Origin: Pocillopora damicornis
Taxonomy: Eukaryota
NCBI RefSeq assembly: GCF_003704095.1
Contig: NW_020846801.1
Span: 1-64,000 of the forward strand
DNA: 64,000 bases
Direction of reading: 5' to 3'
Part shown: positions 49,001 through 63,100 of the stretch, one piece after another
Layout of the letters: each line of letters starts with the position of its first letter
Numbering within the stretch: the first letter of the stretch is position 1
The notes under the pieces: generated by a model
The model's input: the letters and a program-made list of their open reading frames with translations, nothing else
What the model was told of the DNA's origin: nothing
Database searches by the model: none
Program-made: the position numbers and the translations under genes

Positions 49001-52000
49001 GCTGTCAAACTGGACCTATCAGAGGGGATGAAAAAACTACAGGCTCTCTTTACGCGACCCGACTTAAACTTCCTCCTTCTTTTCTCATTTCGTTGCTATT
49101 TCGGCTCCTTTACTGAACGCCCTTTTTCCTGACGTGTCACCACTTCAAACGAGACCAAGGAAGATAGCTTTTTAATTTTGTCGCCATGTATGTATGCGCA
49201 CACATTGTCATGTCATTATCTTGAGCCTTGACTTTCATTATTCTACGTAAGTGTGATATTTCTTTGTCTCAAGTGTGACCAGGATGACTGGCTTTGAATA
49301 CTGACTTCATAGAAAGCAAGTGTTTAATCTGTTTTCCTAAAAGTCTGGCAATACATGTTTTTAAATTTGACCATATTGAATCAAATTCTTCCTGTAACTG
49401 TATATAATTTTTATTCTTAGGCAAAGATGGCTTGACGAAGAGGCAGAACGAAGGGTAAAATTCACTTTTACGATAAAACTATAATAATTTTCGTACCAGA
49501 TGATTTGCGAATTACACCATGGTATTTTGTTATAGCAGCCCCAAAACGTTCAGTGCTTTCCTGTTTGTTTTTTTAGCTCCTTTTCAGACCACTATTAGAG
49601 GGCGTGAAATTGCGCCTAATACAGGCGCCAATGCGACTAAATTTTTTACTTTGGCGACCAAATCCTGAAAATTAGTCGCCAAATTGGCGACTAGAATGTT
49701 TCATCATAACCTTACTTAGAAATATAGTAAATTAAAAAGATTTGCAAAGATAAATCCGCGGCAAACTTCCTCATTAAGTTTGTTTCCAAAACGCAGCACA
49801 TGCATCTCAATCGATAACTAGATTTAGGATGGATTTAGGTGAGCTTGAACGTTGCATATCATCCATTCTATTGTCCACTTTGTAGCACGTTAAAGATCTT
49901 TTCCCTAACTTAATTTCTAGAACGATGACAGCGTAAAAAAAAGGGTTTGTTTGTCTTTGAAAATGGCGACCAACTTTTTTGAATTGGCTATCACTTTGAA
50001 TAATTTAGGAGCCAAGTGGCTATCAGAAAAAAAAATCAATTTCACGCCCTGTATTATTACATTTTTTTTTTAATGGTTTCTTCTTGATGAATTAGATTCG
50101 TGATTTGGAACGAGAACGAAGACTTGAAGTTATGCAGCGACATCGAAGAAGGTAGGATTTTTATAGGTAGAAGATTTATCCGAACAACTCTACCTNNNNN
50201 NNNNNNNNNNNNNNNNNNNNNNNNNNNNNNNNNNNNNNNNNNNNNNNNNNNNNNNNNNNNNNNNNNNNNNNNNNNNNNNNNNNNNNNNNNNNNNNNNNNN
50301 NNNNNNNNNNNNNNNNNNNNNNNNNNNNNNNNNNNNNNNNNNNNNNNNNNNNNNNNNNNNNNNNNNNNNNNNNNNNNNNNNNNNNNNNNNNNNTTGATCG
50401 GTTCTGAGTTTGCAATTTTTTCCAATATTCCAGTCCAGACGTTTCACTGCCAAAGCGATTGATATGTGAGACAGAAGACGCCATTAGATCTCGACTGAAA
50501 CCGCTATTGGATCGAGCAGAGGTATTTAAAAAAGTTTAATTTTATCTTCTAATTTTGATGTTTCACGGGAGGTGTATGATTATTTACGTAGTCCAAAGTA
50601 GTAAAGATGTAGATATACTACAAGCAGACCCTTCTTTTTGGCGATGTTCGTCGCGCGAGTTTAAAATATTTAGCGAAAGAAAGAAATGTGAGCGCGCCGC
50701 GCAGGACTCTGGGAGTGTGGCGCACGAAAAGTACTCCCAGAGTTTCGCGCGCGTGCTGACATCTATTTTTTTTTTGCTGAGTTTTTTCAGTTGACTCGCG
50801 CAACGAACGTCATTGAAAAGGAGGGACTGCTCGTAAAGAAAATGTAAAACTGGTTCGTCTTTATAGAGTAACAAAGAAACACCGTCCCCTCATGTGCACA
50901 ATATCAGAAGGAGTTGTCTAGTGACTTGGAATTTCTAGTACATACTAGTTGGAAAAGGTACCCGCACATAACCCAGGAGTAAGGATCTTCCTTCTATACG
51001 ATCCACATCATTTTAGTTATGAATAGTAAGTAAAGTAGTTACTATTACAATTCACAGCACTGAGCAGAAAGCAAACTTGGTATTTATTATAAATTTGTTT
51101 GTTCCTATGTGCAGGCGATAGCGGAAACACAGGCGATAAGAGAAGAAGAGCAAAAGAAATCATTACAGCATCAGCTTGGGAAACTTGCCTCTCAGACAGT
51201 GAGTGTACAAATACAACCTAAGGCCACGGTCGCTTGAAGGTTGGATAGTTAATTCAGTGGGAGAAGTGTCATCTGTCCTTTCAACAAACACGACAATGTG
51301 ATCTCTTTTGTACTCTGGGAGATTAGAGGAGAGTTATGACGATGTTAATGGATCCTGTGCTCCAGCGCTTCAGCATTGAACGACTGACAACTTGATGGGG
51401 AACGAGGCCATATTTTAAGTTCACATGTGACAAACATCCTGCATAATGGCCTTTTTTAAAATGCTGCTGATTATCTCGAACTTCTTTTCTTTATTTTAAG
51501 GTTTTTACTTGTTTTTGCCATAGTATCGTACTTTTGCTTTCTCGGCAGACAATGAACCAAGCGGACATTTTAGCCGAAAAAGTTCTCGATGATATTTTAG
51601 AAGATACAGTTCTTGAAATGCAAAGGCGAGTGTCTGGATCGTTTTTAACTTTCTTATCTCTGAGGTCTCTTACGTTGTAAAGGTGCATTTAATTTTTCTT
51701 TTATTCATTCATGTACAGATTAGAGATCGAAGACGACGTTGAAATGCAAGCTGATGATTTGCAAAACAGTTCATCCTTAGATAATATTCTTCAGAGACTG
51801 CAGAGTTTCGAGGTACGTGAAAAACCGATGGGTGCGAAATAATCTTCTCTCCATAAGAAGTCCTGCTTAGAATATTCTTTCCAATGTTCTGTTCTAGTTG
51901 AAATGGAGTATAACATTTTAATATCAATAAAAACACTGCCTTTCGTCGCAGAAAGCCGAGGAGGAGATAAGACAACATTGGGTTCAAGTGAATTATGCAG

Positions 52001-53764
52001 ATGTTGAAAATTCCACAGAAAAACACCACACTGGTATGTATGCAATCCTTTAGTATGGTTGCAAAAAAACCAACGTAATCACAACACCCAATTCAAGGTA
52101 GATTCGAGCAAGCTGAGGCGCAGAGAAATGCAAGTGACCAAGTCGTGATTGATTGTATTTCTTAATCTGAAAGTGGTGCGAGTTTTCTGGACCAATACAG
52201 AGCAAAGTTGAGCAAAACTAAAGCAATGGCAGATTACTGTCGATGCTCAATTGAAAATTGCTCTAAACCTTACATATGTTTACATCACTTTCTTGTTTCC
52301 CCTTTATCAACAGAGAAAAGAACTCGACCAGCTAAGGATCCGAAACCGATCATGTTTACAAGGCCCGTGGAAACCGAAAGCCACCGACTGTTACCAGAAA
52401 ACACCCGAGCACCTCCCGACGACGATGGACGAGGTGTCAGAAAGCCATTCAGACTGTTGAATGAAATTAGTGCAGCCAGTAGCTTTTCCTCCCTAATGGA
52501 AGGTTGGACATAGTCTCTCATTGAAGTATTATAATTTAGGTTGATAAAATGTCAGTAGAAATGCATGGGTCCTTTTTATTTTCAGCATCGACAGAGCGCT
52601 CCTCTGCTCAAAGCTCCATTTACAAGAGTCCTCAAAATAGCTCAGCTCCACAAAGTTGGCCCCTCACTTCTGGCACACGACCTACAGTGTTCCTTAGTGT
52701 GCCTAAGGAGATGAAAGCCAGTATAGTGTCCTATAGGAATCGATTCAACAAATATCTTCAGGACACTTCTACTCACGAGGAAGGAACATTTGACCCGTGG
52801 GGACTGGTAAACAGGTATGTTTATGTAACAGCTTGTCAATTCTTCAAGCATTTTGATTGGTTCTTACTGGTGGTGTATTGGACACCAGATGTATAGTTAA
52901 TGTAATCAGGAATATTGTTGTGTCGCTATTTGATAGGGAAATTAACGCAGTATGAAAAGCATTTGTTGTAGGTTAACATAAAATAATCTGCTTTGAAAGG
53001 AAGAGTTAGCCGAAGCTAAATATGCTTAGAAACACAGCTCCGAAAACGAAGCAGTAAATCGTCATTTTGGGACATCATTTTGTAGACATCGTTTTGAGCA
53101 TTACAGTCGAACTTTTATCGAAGGATATCTCTCCATAGCGGCAACACACATTGAACCGCGTCCCTACTGCTAAAATAACCTCTGCAGGAAGGCCAGTGGA
53201 TCACCTACAGACGACCGTTGTAAAATGCGTGACAACCTGTCAATGCGAATATTTTATTTGTCTTGAATAACCAAAGGGAAGGTCGTAGGAGCTGATTTAC
53301 TCACTGTACTTTGTAGTTTGTTGCCAATATCCATCTGAAAATCAGGTTCTGGTTTCTCTGTCATTGATATTCTTTGAATTGGCCACAGACCCATACAAGC
53401 CGCCATAAGCTTTTCCCAATGAAAATTTTCAACCCTTTTAAAAACTAGGTCAAGTCACACAGTGGTTTTTCCTCCCCACCCCTCCGAGGGCTGCGTCTTT
53501 ACAATGGCCACCCTCTCTTCATAAGGTGGAAAAAGAGGAGAGGTTGGGCTGTAACATGTTTCTCTGCACTAACTTCTTTGCTGCACTTGATGCTTGATGG
53601 AAAATCTTGTTCAGTAACGTTCTGTTCTCATTTGTTGCAGGATCAGTGAGGAGTTGTTAGAAGATGCTTTGCAAGAAGTTGGTCATGAGCTTGATGATGT
53701 GTGTGATGATTACGCCGAGGCCTTGTATAACCAGGAATTTGTTTCAGTCAGCTCAGACACGTGA
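46055..53764 (+). CDS. KIAA0753: Protein moonraker (centriolar satellite protein, OFIP); some exons lost in gaps
   Basis: NQLQFN..PIVIEKL, DRLALAVHLAKKDV, SARMLYVLQRQV, LSRLAAAHRGAVRALQTFV, RWLDEEAERR, GTFDPWGLVNR|ISEELLEDALQEVGHELDDVCDDYAEALYNQEF. A non-coding first exon probably ends at 45298. Confidence 0.93.
49598..50051. mobile_element. hAT-like MITE in a KIAA0753 intron
   Basis: TIRs (g/c)agggcgtgaaattg / caatttcacgccctg; degenerate 8-bp TSD cactatta / tattatta. Confidence 0.7.
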
Positions 53765-54089
53765 TCAATGTCTTCCTTCCTTCATATTTAGGAATGCAAT
53801 CCTCAGGAAATAATACAGCCTGTTTAATTGGACTTCAGCGCGCAGTTCCAAGGATTTTACGTCGTCTGCTGCGATGGCAACTATTCACGTTAGAAATGCT
53901 GTTATATGACTGGCTCAATAAAATACAACCAAGTGTTGAATTCAATTACATGAATTAAGTCATTGTGAATGGAGTTTCATCCTCTTTCCGACACTTTACG
54001 TCGCGTAAATCCCATCTCTGGCCACATTATAAACGTATAAATATGGAGCCTTTGGAGGCACCTCCCTATCTCTCGAAGAAAGTGATCAA

Positions 54090-55150
54090 TTTTGCTCATA
54101 AACAAAACCTATTGATTCAATACTCAGAGGGAATTTTCTCGTCCTACGAAAGAGCTGAAACTATTACTTGAGAGACAGAAAACGATGCTCGTTCTTACCG
54201 CCCCATGAAACGTCCAGTTTTCTTTTTCGTGATGTAAAAAGATTGATATTAAAACAATAGAAACTTGTTAATGAGCCAAGGCTGACACTTGCTCACAGTA
54301 CTTAGTGAGCTGTTTCTAACCCACTGTTTATTTTCTAGGAAATCCTCTCTCTAACTGAGATATAAGCGCATAAATATTTAAACAGTAGAAATCGGTTAAT
54401 GAGTATTCTGAAGTTCAAAAGGGCCATCATGCCTACTAACAAAATTCTCTTGTTTGAATATTCANNNNNNNNNNNNNNNNNNNNNNNNNNNNNNNNNNNN
54501 NNNNNNNNNNNNNNNNNNNNNNNNNNNNNNNNNNNNNNNNNNNNNNNNNNNNNNNNNNNNNNNNAGTACGCAACTAATCAAGCTCTCTCTAACGAACTAT
54601 TAATTGTCCAAGAAATTCTCCCTCTTATTGAGATATATGTGCATGAATATTTAGACAATAGAAATTGGTTAATGAGCATTTGGGGACCTTGAGCTAACCT
54701 CAGTTCAAAAGGTCTACTTTTGCTCATTAACAAAAATCCATTGTTTAAATATTCAGAGGAGATTTTCTCGGCGCACAATAAAGCTGTGACTTTGAGACTT
54801 GCATGTAAAACGCAGCTTATCAAGCTCTTTCTAACGAACTTTTAATCGTAGGCAAAATCCTCTTTCTAACTGAGATGTAAGCGCATGATTATTTAGACAT
54901 TAGAAATTGGTTAATGAGCTTCTGGGGACCTTCATTCAACCCTATTTTGCTCATTAACAAAAATCTATTGTTTGAATATTCAAGAGCAGATTTCCTCGTC
55001 TCACACAGGAGCTGTGACTTTGAAACATGCACACAACAGACATTTATCCAAGCTCGTTTTAACGCGCTACAAATTGTTCCATAAATCTTCATCTTTTCCG
55101 AGATATAAATACGTGAGTGTTTTAATAGCAATTCGTTAATGAGCTTTTGG
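54090..55150. repeat. Degenerate tandem repeat of about 227 bp between the convergent KIAA0753 and TTC28 ends
   Basis: gctcattaacaaaaatc at 54722 and 54949; tagaaat.ggttaatgag recurs at about 54386, 54659, 54902 and 55127. Confidence 0.8.
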
Positions 55151-56922
55151 GGCTGCATAGAGTAGCTTCCATTTGAATACGTGTAATCACTATGTGGAAT
55201 GTCTGTTGTTGTCGCAATGTCATCAGACAAAACTTTCCCCTTTATTTCTTTTCTGTTGCAATTAAGTGTGACATGTCTCGATGTTAAGTGTAATATTGAA
55301 TGATATAGAACGTTACCACAGAAAGAGTTCAGAAAAGAGTTCTGGAAAACCTTGAACTTTATTAATTGTACTAAAAAATATTTGCAAGGAGGTGAAATAT
55401 GTACAACGTAACGTGGCTATGAAATATATATATATTATAAACCTCCTGCTTATTAATCTGAAATTACAAACTTATATGTACACGATTTCGCTCCAAATTT
55501 CATAAATAGCAACCCGAAAATACGCCACTCTCATCTCTACTAATTGACTGAGGTACATATAATACACTGAGAATTTCGAAAATGGCACGCATCTTGAATT
55601 CTAGTTTGACCTAAAGATTCAACGCACATAAATAAAAAGGTGGTAGGACCCGTAATTGAAAGGGAGAAAATTGACCGTCATGAACCACTTGACAATATTT
55701 ATCTAGGGCTTGTCATAATTCTACAATAGCATAAGGGAAGGTAATAAACTAAAAGGAAGCAAGTTGACGTGAGAATGCTTGAGTCACACAATGTTGCGTG
55801 ACCGAAAATAGTACACACCAACGGCGTCACGATGTTCTTACTATTTTTGGCACAAGATCTAGACTTGCTACCTTTCAGTTTCAGCAAAAATATTCACAAA
55901 TCAAGATTAACTGAGGGGTTAACTGTTGGATATGTCTAACGATGGTTAGCACCAGAACGGCTGAAATACTTTGTCGTTACCTCTAAAAGTCAATGCACAA
56001 GAAGACTTTGCGCAATAGTGTCTTCGTTCTCAGACTAAACGGTCAAAAAATTGTGGGATAAGTTAAGACCTGGGGACAAAATTAAATACTAAGGTAGCCT
56101 GAAGGAAGCGAGAGGGGTGTTTACCTTAATTATTCTCTCAAAGTTGCATAACACGTTCGGTCGAGCGAAAGAGTCGTCTCCTTTAGAATTCTCCATTTTT
56201 CCTAAATTATAACACACTATTGTGATAGACTCGTCTGAAGAAAAGTTAATTATAGTAAGTAAAACTTACATCGAAATTGGCTGTTGGTGTTTTCATAAAT
56301 TTAGACGTAAACAATAGAAAATGTCTTTTTACATCTAGCAGTAAACTGATATTCAACGCTACCTCTTGGCGACGGGGCTTGAAAATTTTGAACAGATTTC
56401 AAAATACGATTTTCAAAATAGATCACTGAGAACCAGTGCAATACTCGACAGCTCCAAATTGCTTTTCGACGTAGAGAACCAATTTGGTTCAGATTATTTG
56501 GGAACACTTTCTTGTTTAAGATACGAAACTGTTAAAAAATATACTCTGCTAGTTCACATCAACCCCGGTAATACGAGTTCCACCGTGTCTGAAAATAAAA
56601 AAGAAAAAAGCCACAGATCAATTTATGGTTTGTGTAATGTCAACTTTTTTACATGATATATCTCCACAGTTCGCTTACCCAATTTAATATTAGAAAGGAT
56701 TCAGTCTATGCAATCTTTTTGGCATGCTAGGTTTGTTGGATGCGATGCCTGCGTTACCAACATTGTCGCATAACATGTCGGAGGGGTTCTCCAACACTTT
56801 TTAAAAGATTACTAAATATGATGATTCATTTGACATAATTTTGTATTAGAGGCTGGTAAAATACTTCAAATTGTACCACCGAAATTGGCTCTTCGCCTCT
56901 CAGATTTTCCTCCAACAAAATA

Positions 56923-57100
56923 ACCAGCTCCCATATGGCTTTTTAGCTCAGTTGGTAGAGCGCTGCACCAGTATCTCCCAGGTCATAGGTTCAACTCTCG
57001 AACGAGACTGAATTTTTTTCAAGCTTAGTTTTCTCTACTGCTTAAGTAATATTCATTACTGCGAAGATCGCTCTCACTTTCATTTCCCTCCCTCTTCGTG
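56923..57100 (+). mobile_element. tRNA-derived SINE
   Basis: A box tagctcagttggtagagc and B box ggttcaactc, followed by a non-tRNA body ctgaatttttttcaagct..ctgcttaag..actgcgaagatc. Confidence 0.75.
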
Positions 57101-57176
57101 AAACAATACGATGAGAAACAGGTCTTAATGCAGTGGGAATATAATTGTATAACATGCAAATTCTTACCAGCCAGTG

Positions 57177-60100
57177 CTAGCAGGAGGAGGAGTGGAGATG
57201 AGCCAAGTTTGCCAAATGCTCTCGCCTCAGTCTCCTCTTTTCCGCTCCTATGTCTTTCATCTCAAGTGACTGCGGGGATGTTTTTTTGTTGGCCAGCGGT
57301 TGGGTCGGCTCACGTGTCATGTGATTATTCATAAGGGCAGCCGCTGCCCACTCTGCTTTAGTCTGACGAGACTCGTAGTCAGTACTATCTTGAGAAGACT
57401 GAGAATCATCGTGAAACTTCTGCAGCGACTGTCTCCTCCCCTCTAGGGATTCTTTTCGTCCCTGTTGCATTTCGGCTGCAAGCTGATCAGCGTGATTCGT
57501 TTTAAACTCACCATTTCTTAATGGTGCAGTACTTTGACTTGAGGACCTCAGAGCTCCATCTCTGACTGGTAAATCCACACTAGAAACCCTTAAACGCCCA
57601 GTTCGATTAACTTTACCATTTCCACTAATATCAATGGCAGATACCACACGATGAGTTCTTAAGTCTGTACTACTCTTCGCCCAACGTCTGTCACGAGCAT
57701 GCGTAGTTTCCTCCTCATCGCTCGATCCATTCTCTCCCTGCCTAGGTATTGACTTAGGTCGGCTAAAAGGTCCGTTTTTAGATACAGGTTCCTGGCTCTC
57801 GCTCACACTTCTTCCCTGGGGCCTTCCTCGGGGGTAACCTTCATCATTCAGAGACCCTCCTCGGCGTACCCTCCCCCCATTGATATCAGAAGCATTAGGT
57901 AGATACCCGGATATAGGTTGTCTGGTACCATTCGTACCCGGCTCGTGACTTTGTTTCGGTGTACTCGGCAAAACCTGTTTTTCACTCCTTGCTGGGTTTT
58001 CCTTAGCCCGACGTTGTTGTACTGGAAATGTAACTACATTCCCATTTTGATTGGAATTAGTTACCCATGTGGGCGAGACACCATTTGAAACTGAGATATC
58101 CTCCGTAAGATCGACTGTATGCCGATTTAATGGCGCGCGCTGACCGACAATGTCCGAATAACTATCGACGTCTGAGTCGGATGGGTCGGCGACTGAAGAA
58201 TTTCGCGAGTGATCTACGACGGATGAAGTTGTATGTTGCTTATTGGCACTGCGCACGTGTCCGTTGAAACCTGAATAGGAGTTTACGGCGTTTGGATGAT
58301 TCCTATTTACAAGCAGAGGCTGTGATTTGGAAAGAGCTCGAAAGCTTCTTCTTTCGGCTTCTGCAACTGCTGCCGAGTTAATCGACTCGTTTGAAGGATG
58401 GGCCTCAGTTTTCACTGGCCTGGAGGTGATGCTGGTTTTGGAACCCTTACTAATGCCCCTTGAATTGCTAACATCGTTGGAACTGTGGTCCACATCTTTA
58501 GACTTAGTGTCAAGATCCGAGTCGATAGAAGCTGATTTGAGAGATAAGTTGGAGATGACAGTTGAAGCGGAATGGACCTTGGAGAGTTTAAAGGTAGGAT
58601 CTTCCTTCTCTGCAGGATTTTCTGAATCTGAAAAAATAAGAAAATAAGGTTGTATTCATATCAAGTCCCATCTTTCTCTCAAGTCTACCGACGGTGCATC
58701 CAAGGGCAACAAACGTAGGGCACTTAAAAACGCTGTTTTCGTATACGTGCCGTATGGTTCTCTTGAGACGCAAGCCGTTCGCAAACATGCCGAACTTTGA
58801 AATGAAGCTGTGAAACGAAGCTTTCTTTTTTAGGGAAGCAACCGAACACGTTTCCAAAACAACTGTAATTTGTATGTTTACCTGTGAGAGCACACAAGGC
58901 CTGCACAGTACACTGTACAGCACGTCTGCTGTTCGCTTTGCCGGATCGAAGCATCACTTCATCTTTGCCCACGCCAATCAGATCAAAACCGAGAGAAGCC
59001 AGCAGCTCGTGACAGCCGGAAGTGCGCCATAACTTGAGATTTAAAGGCACCTGTACGTTGTTCATTCCTTGGGCGAAACATGACAAAACCTGGCTGAACT
59101 GTGACGCAAAGAGAGAAGAAACAAGCTCAACGTTTGGGTAGAAAAAAAAGCAGCCTCAAGAAGCACGTATGTATAACATAGCCACCTTTATTTTCATAAA
59201 GTTTGCAGTTAAGACACAATACCAACTGAACATTATCTAACACTGACGACAAGATCTACAACAGTTATCAAATTTGTCGCTGGAGACAAACTGAAATTTC
59301 TCATCACGAATACGCAGAAATAAAGAAAATTCTATTTCAGTAGATTTCTTTTTGAAGTGAGAGCACTTTTCAGTTTGCCTTTTTTCAGCCAATTGTCTAA
59401 GAGATGAGAACATCCATGCAGCTTGGTTTTCAACACAGGATGCTTTACTACGCACATTGATCAATACAAAACCATTTTTGACTTACCAGAGCCACTAAAG
59501 CTGTGTTCACTGTGCGTGCATTCACGAGTTTGGCCAGAGCCTGCAAAGTGGTGGGACTCAGACCTGAAGGAAAAAATCGACTTTTTTCACTTTTTTTGTC
59601 GCCTTTTCGAAGGAGAGGGTCAAAAATTCATAAGCCTCAAAAGTGCACGTTCTACTGCTGCTCGGGTCGTTGAATAGGACCTCTGTTGTAGAAACAAACC
59701 CAGAAGTATCATTCTCAACTCTGAAAGAGAGGCCAGTTTTCTGCAAGGTATAACCAGCACTTGACAGGTACCTGGTACTCGTTTGGACCCCTAGGGGATA
59801 GAGGCCCCGTGAGCGTGACATGTTCCCCACCGCCGCCTCCCCTCCCCCCAAAAGAAAAAAAAAGGTTCAAGAAAGATCTGTCCTTTATTTTGACAAAGAA
59901 AGAGAGAAAAAAAGGAACTCTCATTACAAATTATTTTTAAAATAATCCTCTCTTTACACCGAGTGTTTACTCACCCAGCAAAGCGTGTAAATGGTTACTT
60001 GCATCAGCCAGCTTGTCTGCCACACCACTGGATACTGTTGGAAAGAAGACGGAGTCCGGAAGTCCGTTAGCAGCCTTCTGAAACCGGAAACCAAGAAGCT

Positions 60101-63100
60101 TGAGCAATTCTCGCCAACCGCTGGCTCCCTTGACTTTGGCATTGATGCTTGCATCCGCTGTGTACATGGACGACCGCTGACCTGAACGTATCCGCTGTTG
60201 CGCCTTGTCCACCTGAAGGCGAAGACCGAATGAACGAGGGAGTTAGCTTAACTGGAAACACGAAGGGGGAGGGGGGATAGGTGGGGGGGAGAGGGTGGTG
60301 GAGAGGGAGAAAAGGTGGGGGGAGGGTGGTGAAGAGGGGGAAAAGGTGGGGGAAGGGTGGTAGGGAGGGGGGAAAGGTGGGGGCGGGTAACCTTACGATG
60401 GATTACCATCCCATCCAGGGGGGAGTAGTGATACTCTTAGTCGCTTCATGTTATGGAAACAGAGATTTAAGGTCACCTATGCACAGACAAAACTAAGCTA
60501 TTGATCATTAAGATCCCCGGTTCGTCTGCACAAAATCTCTAAGAGAGGCGATAGGTTACTTTAGTTGAAAGAGTTGACAGAGTTTCACATACCAGATGAA
60601 CAAGAACTTTCAGTGCATCTCGGCAGTTCACAGGGTTATCTAACAGTTTGGAAATGGCGCTACTCATCAGAGCTTCTTTATTCGTCAGAGCTGTGTCTCC
60701 ACCAACAAGGATAAATCCAGCCCAGTTTGACGGATGTGAAAACTGCTTTGTTCCCTGAACTACCTGCATGGCCTGACACAGAGATTGGCTCGCCATCATT
60801 CCTTGAAGGAGTCCGCCGTAGAACGCTTTCAGAAGCAACTTGCACGCCAGGTCTGGGACAGGCCACAGGGCAACCAACAAACTCTGTGCTCCAGCCGACA
60901 GGAATGATCTCGTTAATCCGATCACACCATCCGATGTAATCCGATTGCGCGACGAGTGGTTGTGCGCAGCGCCAATAACAACGAGTTTTGCTGATAATTT
61001 CTGGTCTAAGATATCGGCTGCTGTGAGAAGGAATTCAGACAAAGCCGGTGCTTCGTCAGGACTCATGTCACCAAGAAAGTCCAGACTCGCTCTTTCGGGT
61101 GATCCTGCGGGCGTGATCGATTTGTCATCGGAATTCTGCGGCGAAAGAATAAGAGATGATAGTTTCCAAGACACATGAGTAGCAAAATGAATGCACTCCG
61201 CCTTCGGCAACTTTCGGACGACTTCGCTCTTAGTCGCAACACTGCCGAGTAGCGGTTTCGTGTTGAAGAGTTCCGCCACGATCTTAGCTTCGTGCTCAGC
61301 GCTCGGGTTCGATTCCCATTGTCCGAACGTCGTCGGGACCTTCGGGTTTCCGATGATCGTTACCGAAGATGTATCGAGTCCACTTTTCCTCAACATGAGA
61401 GTCTTGATGTTCGAGGCGAGAGCTTGCAATGAAGGAACAACGATAAGCCTAAACCGACGGAAAAGATAATCTTTAGAAAGGCTCCCTTTTAAGACAGGAA
61501 ACGGCACCAGGTACAGATCACCTTGGAGAACCAACGCAAGTGAGGAATCTTCGCTTTCGAAGGACGAAGAAGCAGGTAAAGCGTCTTCCATGGGAGAAAT
61601 CAAGAGCTCGTACAAAGCACGAAGCGGTGGCTTTCCCGACCAGCCGAGCTTCTTGTTGCTACTTCTTACCCCATTTAATTTTCGGACGTTCCTCGCTGAC
61701 AAGAAGCTGCTCCTCGGGTTTGACCGGAAACTGTGACCGCCAAATGACAATGACGACACACTTATGGTATCATCATCATCCCCTGACATGTACGACAGTG
61801 GGCTCGCGCTGAACACACTGTCTCTTTCCCAGGTGTCTTCAACTTCACTCTCGGACATGCTAGTCGTGCGATTCAAATTTAAATGCGGTTCAACTCCGAG
61901 AGCATCGCGTACCTGCGTGATGTACGAATCTAACAGAGTAGAGGTGTGCGAGTAGGCTGCGCTGCTACTTTGATCTAAGTCAACTGACACTTCATTGTCA
62001 TGGTCTCCATCCGAGAGAAGAGAGTCGTGAAACTTCACAATTCCTTTATTCGGAGTGATGAGCCAGCTGTACAAGTGTCCTGCGGCTATGGAATAGTACA
62101 AGACACTTGCCTTTTGACTGCGTACCAAGTCTGTGATTTGTTCAGGTGTCGTCAACGGATTCTCCAAATACTTCGAAATTCCGTTCTCTGATCGATTACT
62201 TCCTTGTCGTTCTTGAAGCAAATCGATAAAATCTCGGGTCCGACTTCGCTCGGCGACCGCCAACGCCTCCTCATGGTTGCCCATAGTAACTAAAACTCGC
62301 TGTAAAACTTGGTAAGTCGCAGCTTGAAGTTCATACAAAGACAATTTATACTCGCCACTACTAATACCTTCTTCGCGCAATTTCTCCAATAACTCCGCCG
62401 CGCGGAAAAGATGCAGCTGCGATGCGTCCAGCTGATTGGCTGCCAAATATGACAAACCTAATCGATGACGTATTCGCGCCTCGTCTTCACTCCTCCCTAG
62501 AGCCTCTACGATCGCAAGGCCTTTGTTGAGGTACGAGATAGCCTGGGAATAATTTGCCAGGGCATGATGCGTTCTTCCTAGTGAACTGTATGCCTGCGCT
62601 TTCGCTGCTTGGTCGTTCATTTGCGAGGCGATGTTTAGATGTTGGCCTTGGTAGATTGCCGCCTGTTCGTAATTTCCGAGAATTTCGTGCGTCATGCCGA
62701 GATGAAATGACGCCCGACCGCGGCGGCCGAGGTCCTTTTGTTTCTCGGCGACTGTCGTCTCTTGTTCGTGTAGTTTCAACGCCTTTTCGTATTCCCCCAT
62801 CTTCTGGTTCACCAGCCCCAGTCCACAGAGGGCGTCTCCTTCATTAATGGCATCATTACACTCCCTCGCCAAGGACAACTGTTGCTCGAAACATGCAAGG
62901 GCTTGCTCGTAGTTTCCAAGAATCTTGTGCATATTTCCCAACTCGCAGTAAGCTGTCCCTTTGGAATGGAAATCAGTCAACTCGTGAGCCACCACTAATC
63001 TCTTCTCGAAACACACAAGAGCTTGTTGCAGATTTCCCATTGTCCTGTGCGCGTTCCCTAGTCCGCGGTAGGCCTTGTCCTGGTCAGCAGCACTCTCCAT

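Noticed and set aside
50057-50484. ORFs made mostly of X (also 34529-34753 and 11488-11746)
   Set aside because: Assembly-gap artefacts.
50791-50852. Additional KIAA0753 exon after a strong acceptor
   Set aside because: All three frames hit a stop before the best-looking donor; cannot be supported without transcripts.
56937-57010. tRNA gene
   Set aside because: Acceptor and T stems do not pair, and it continues into a SINE body.
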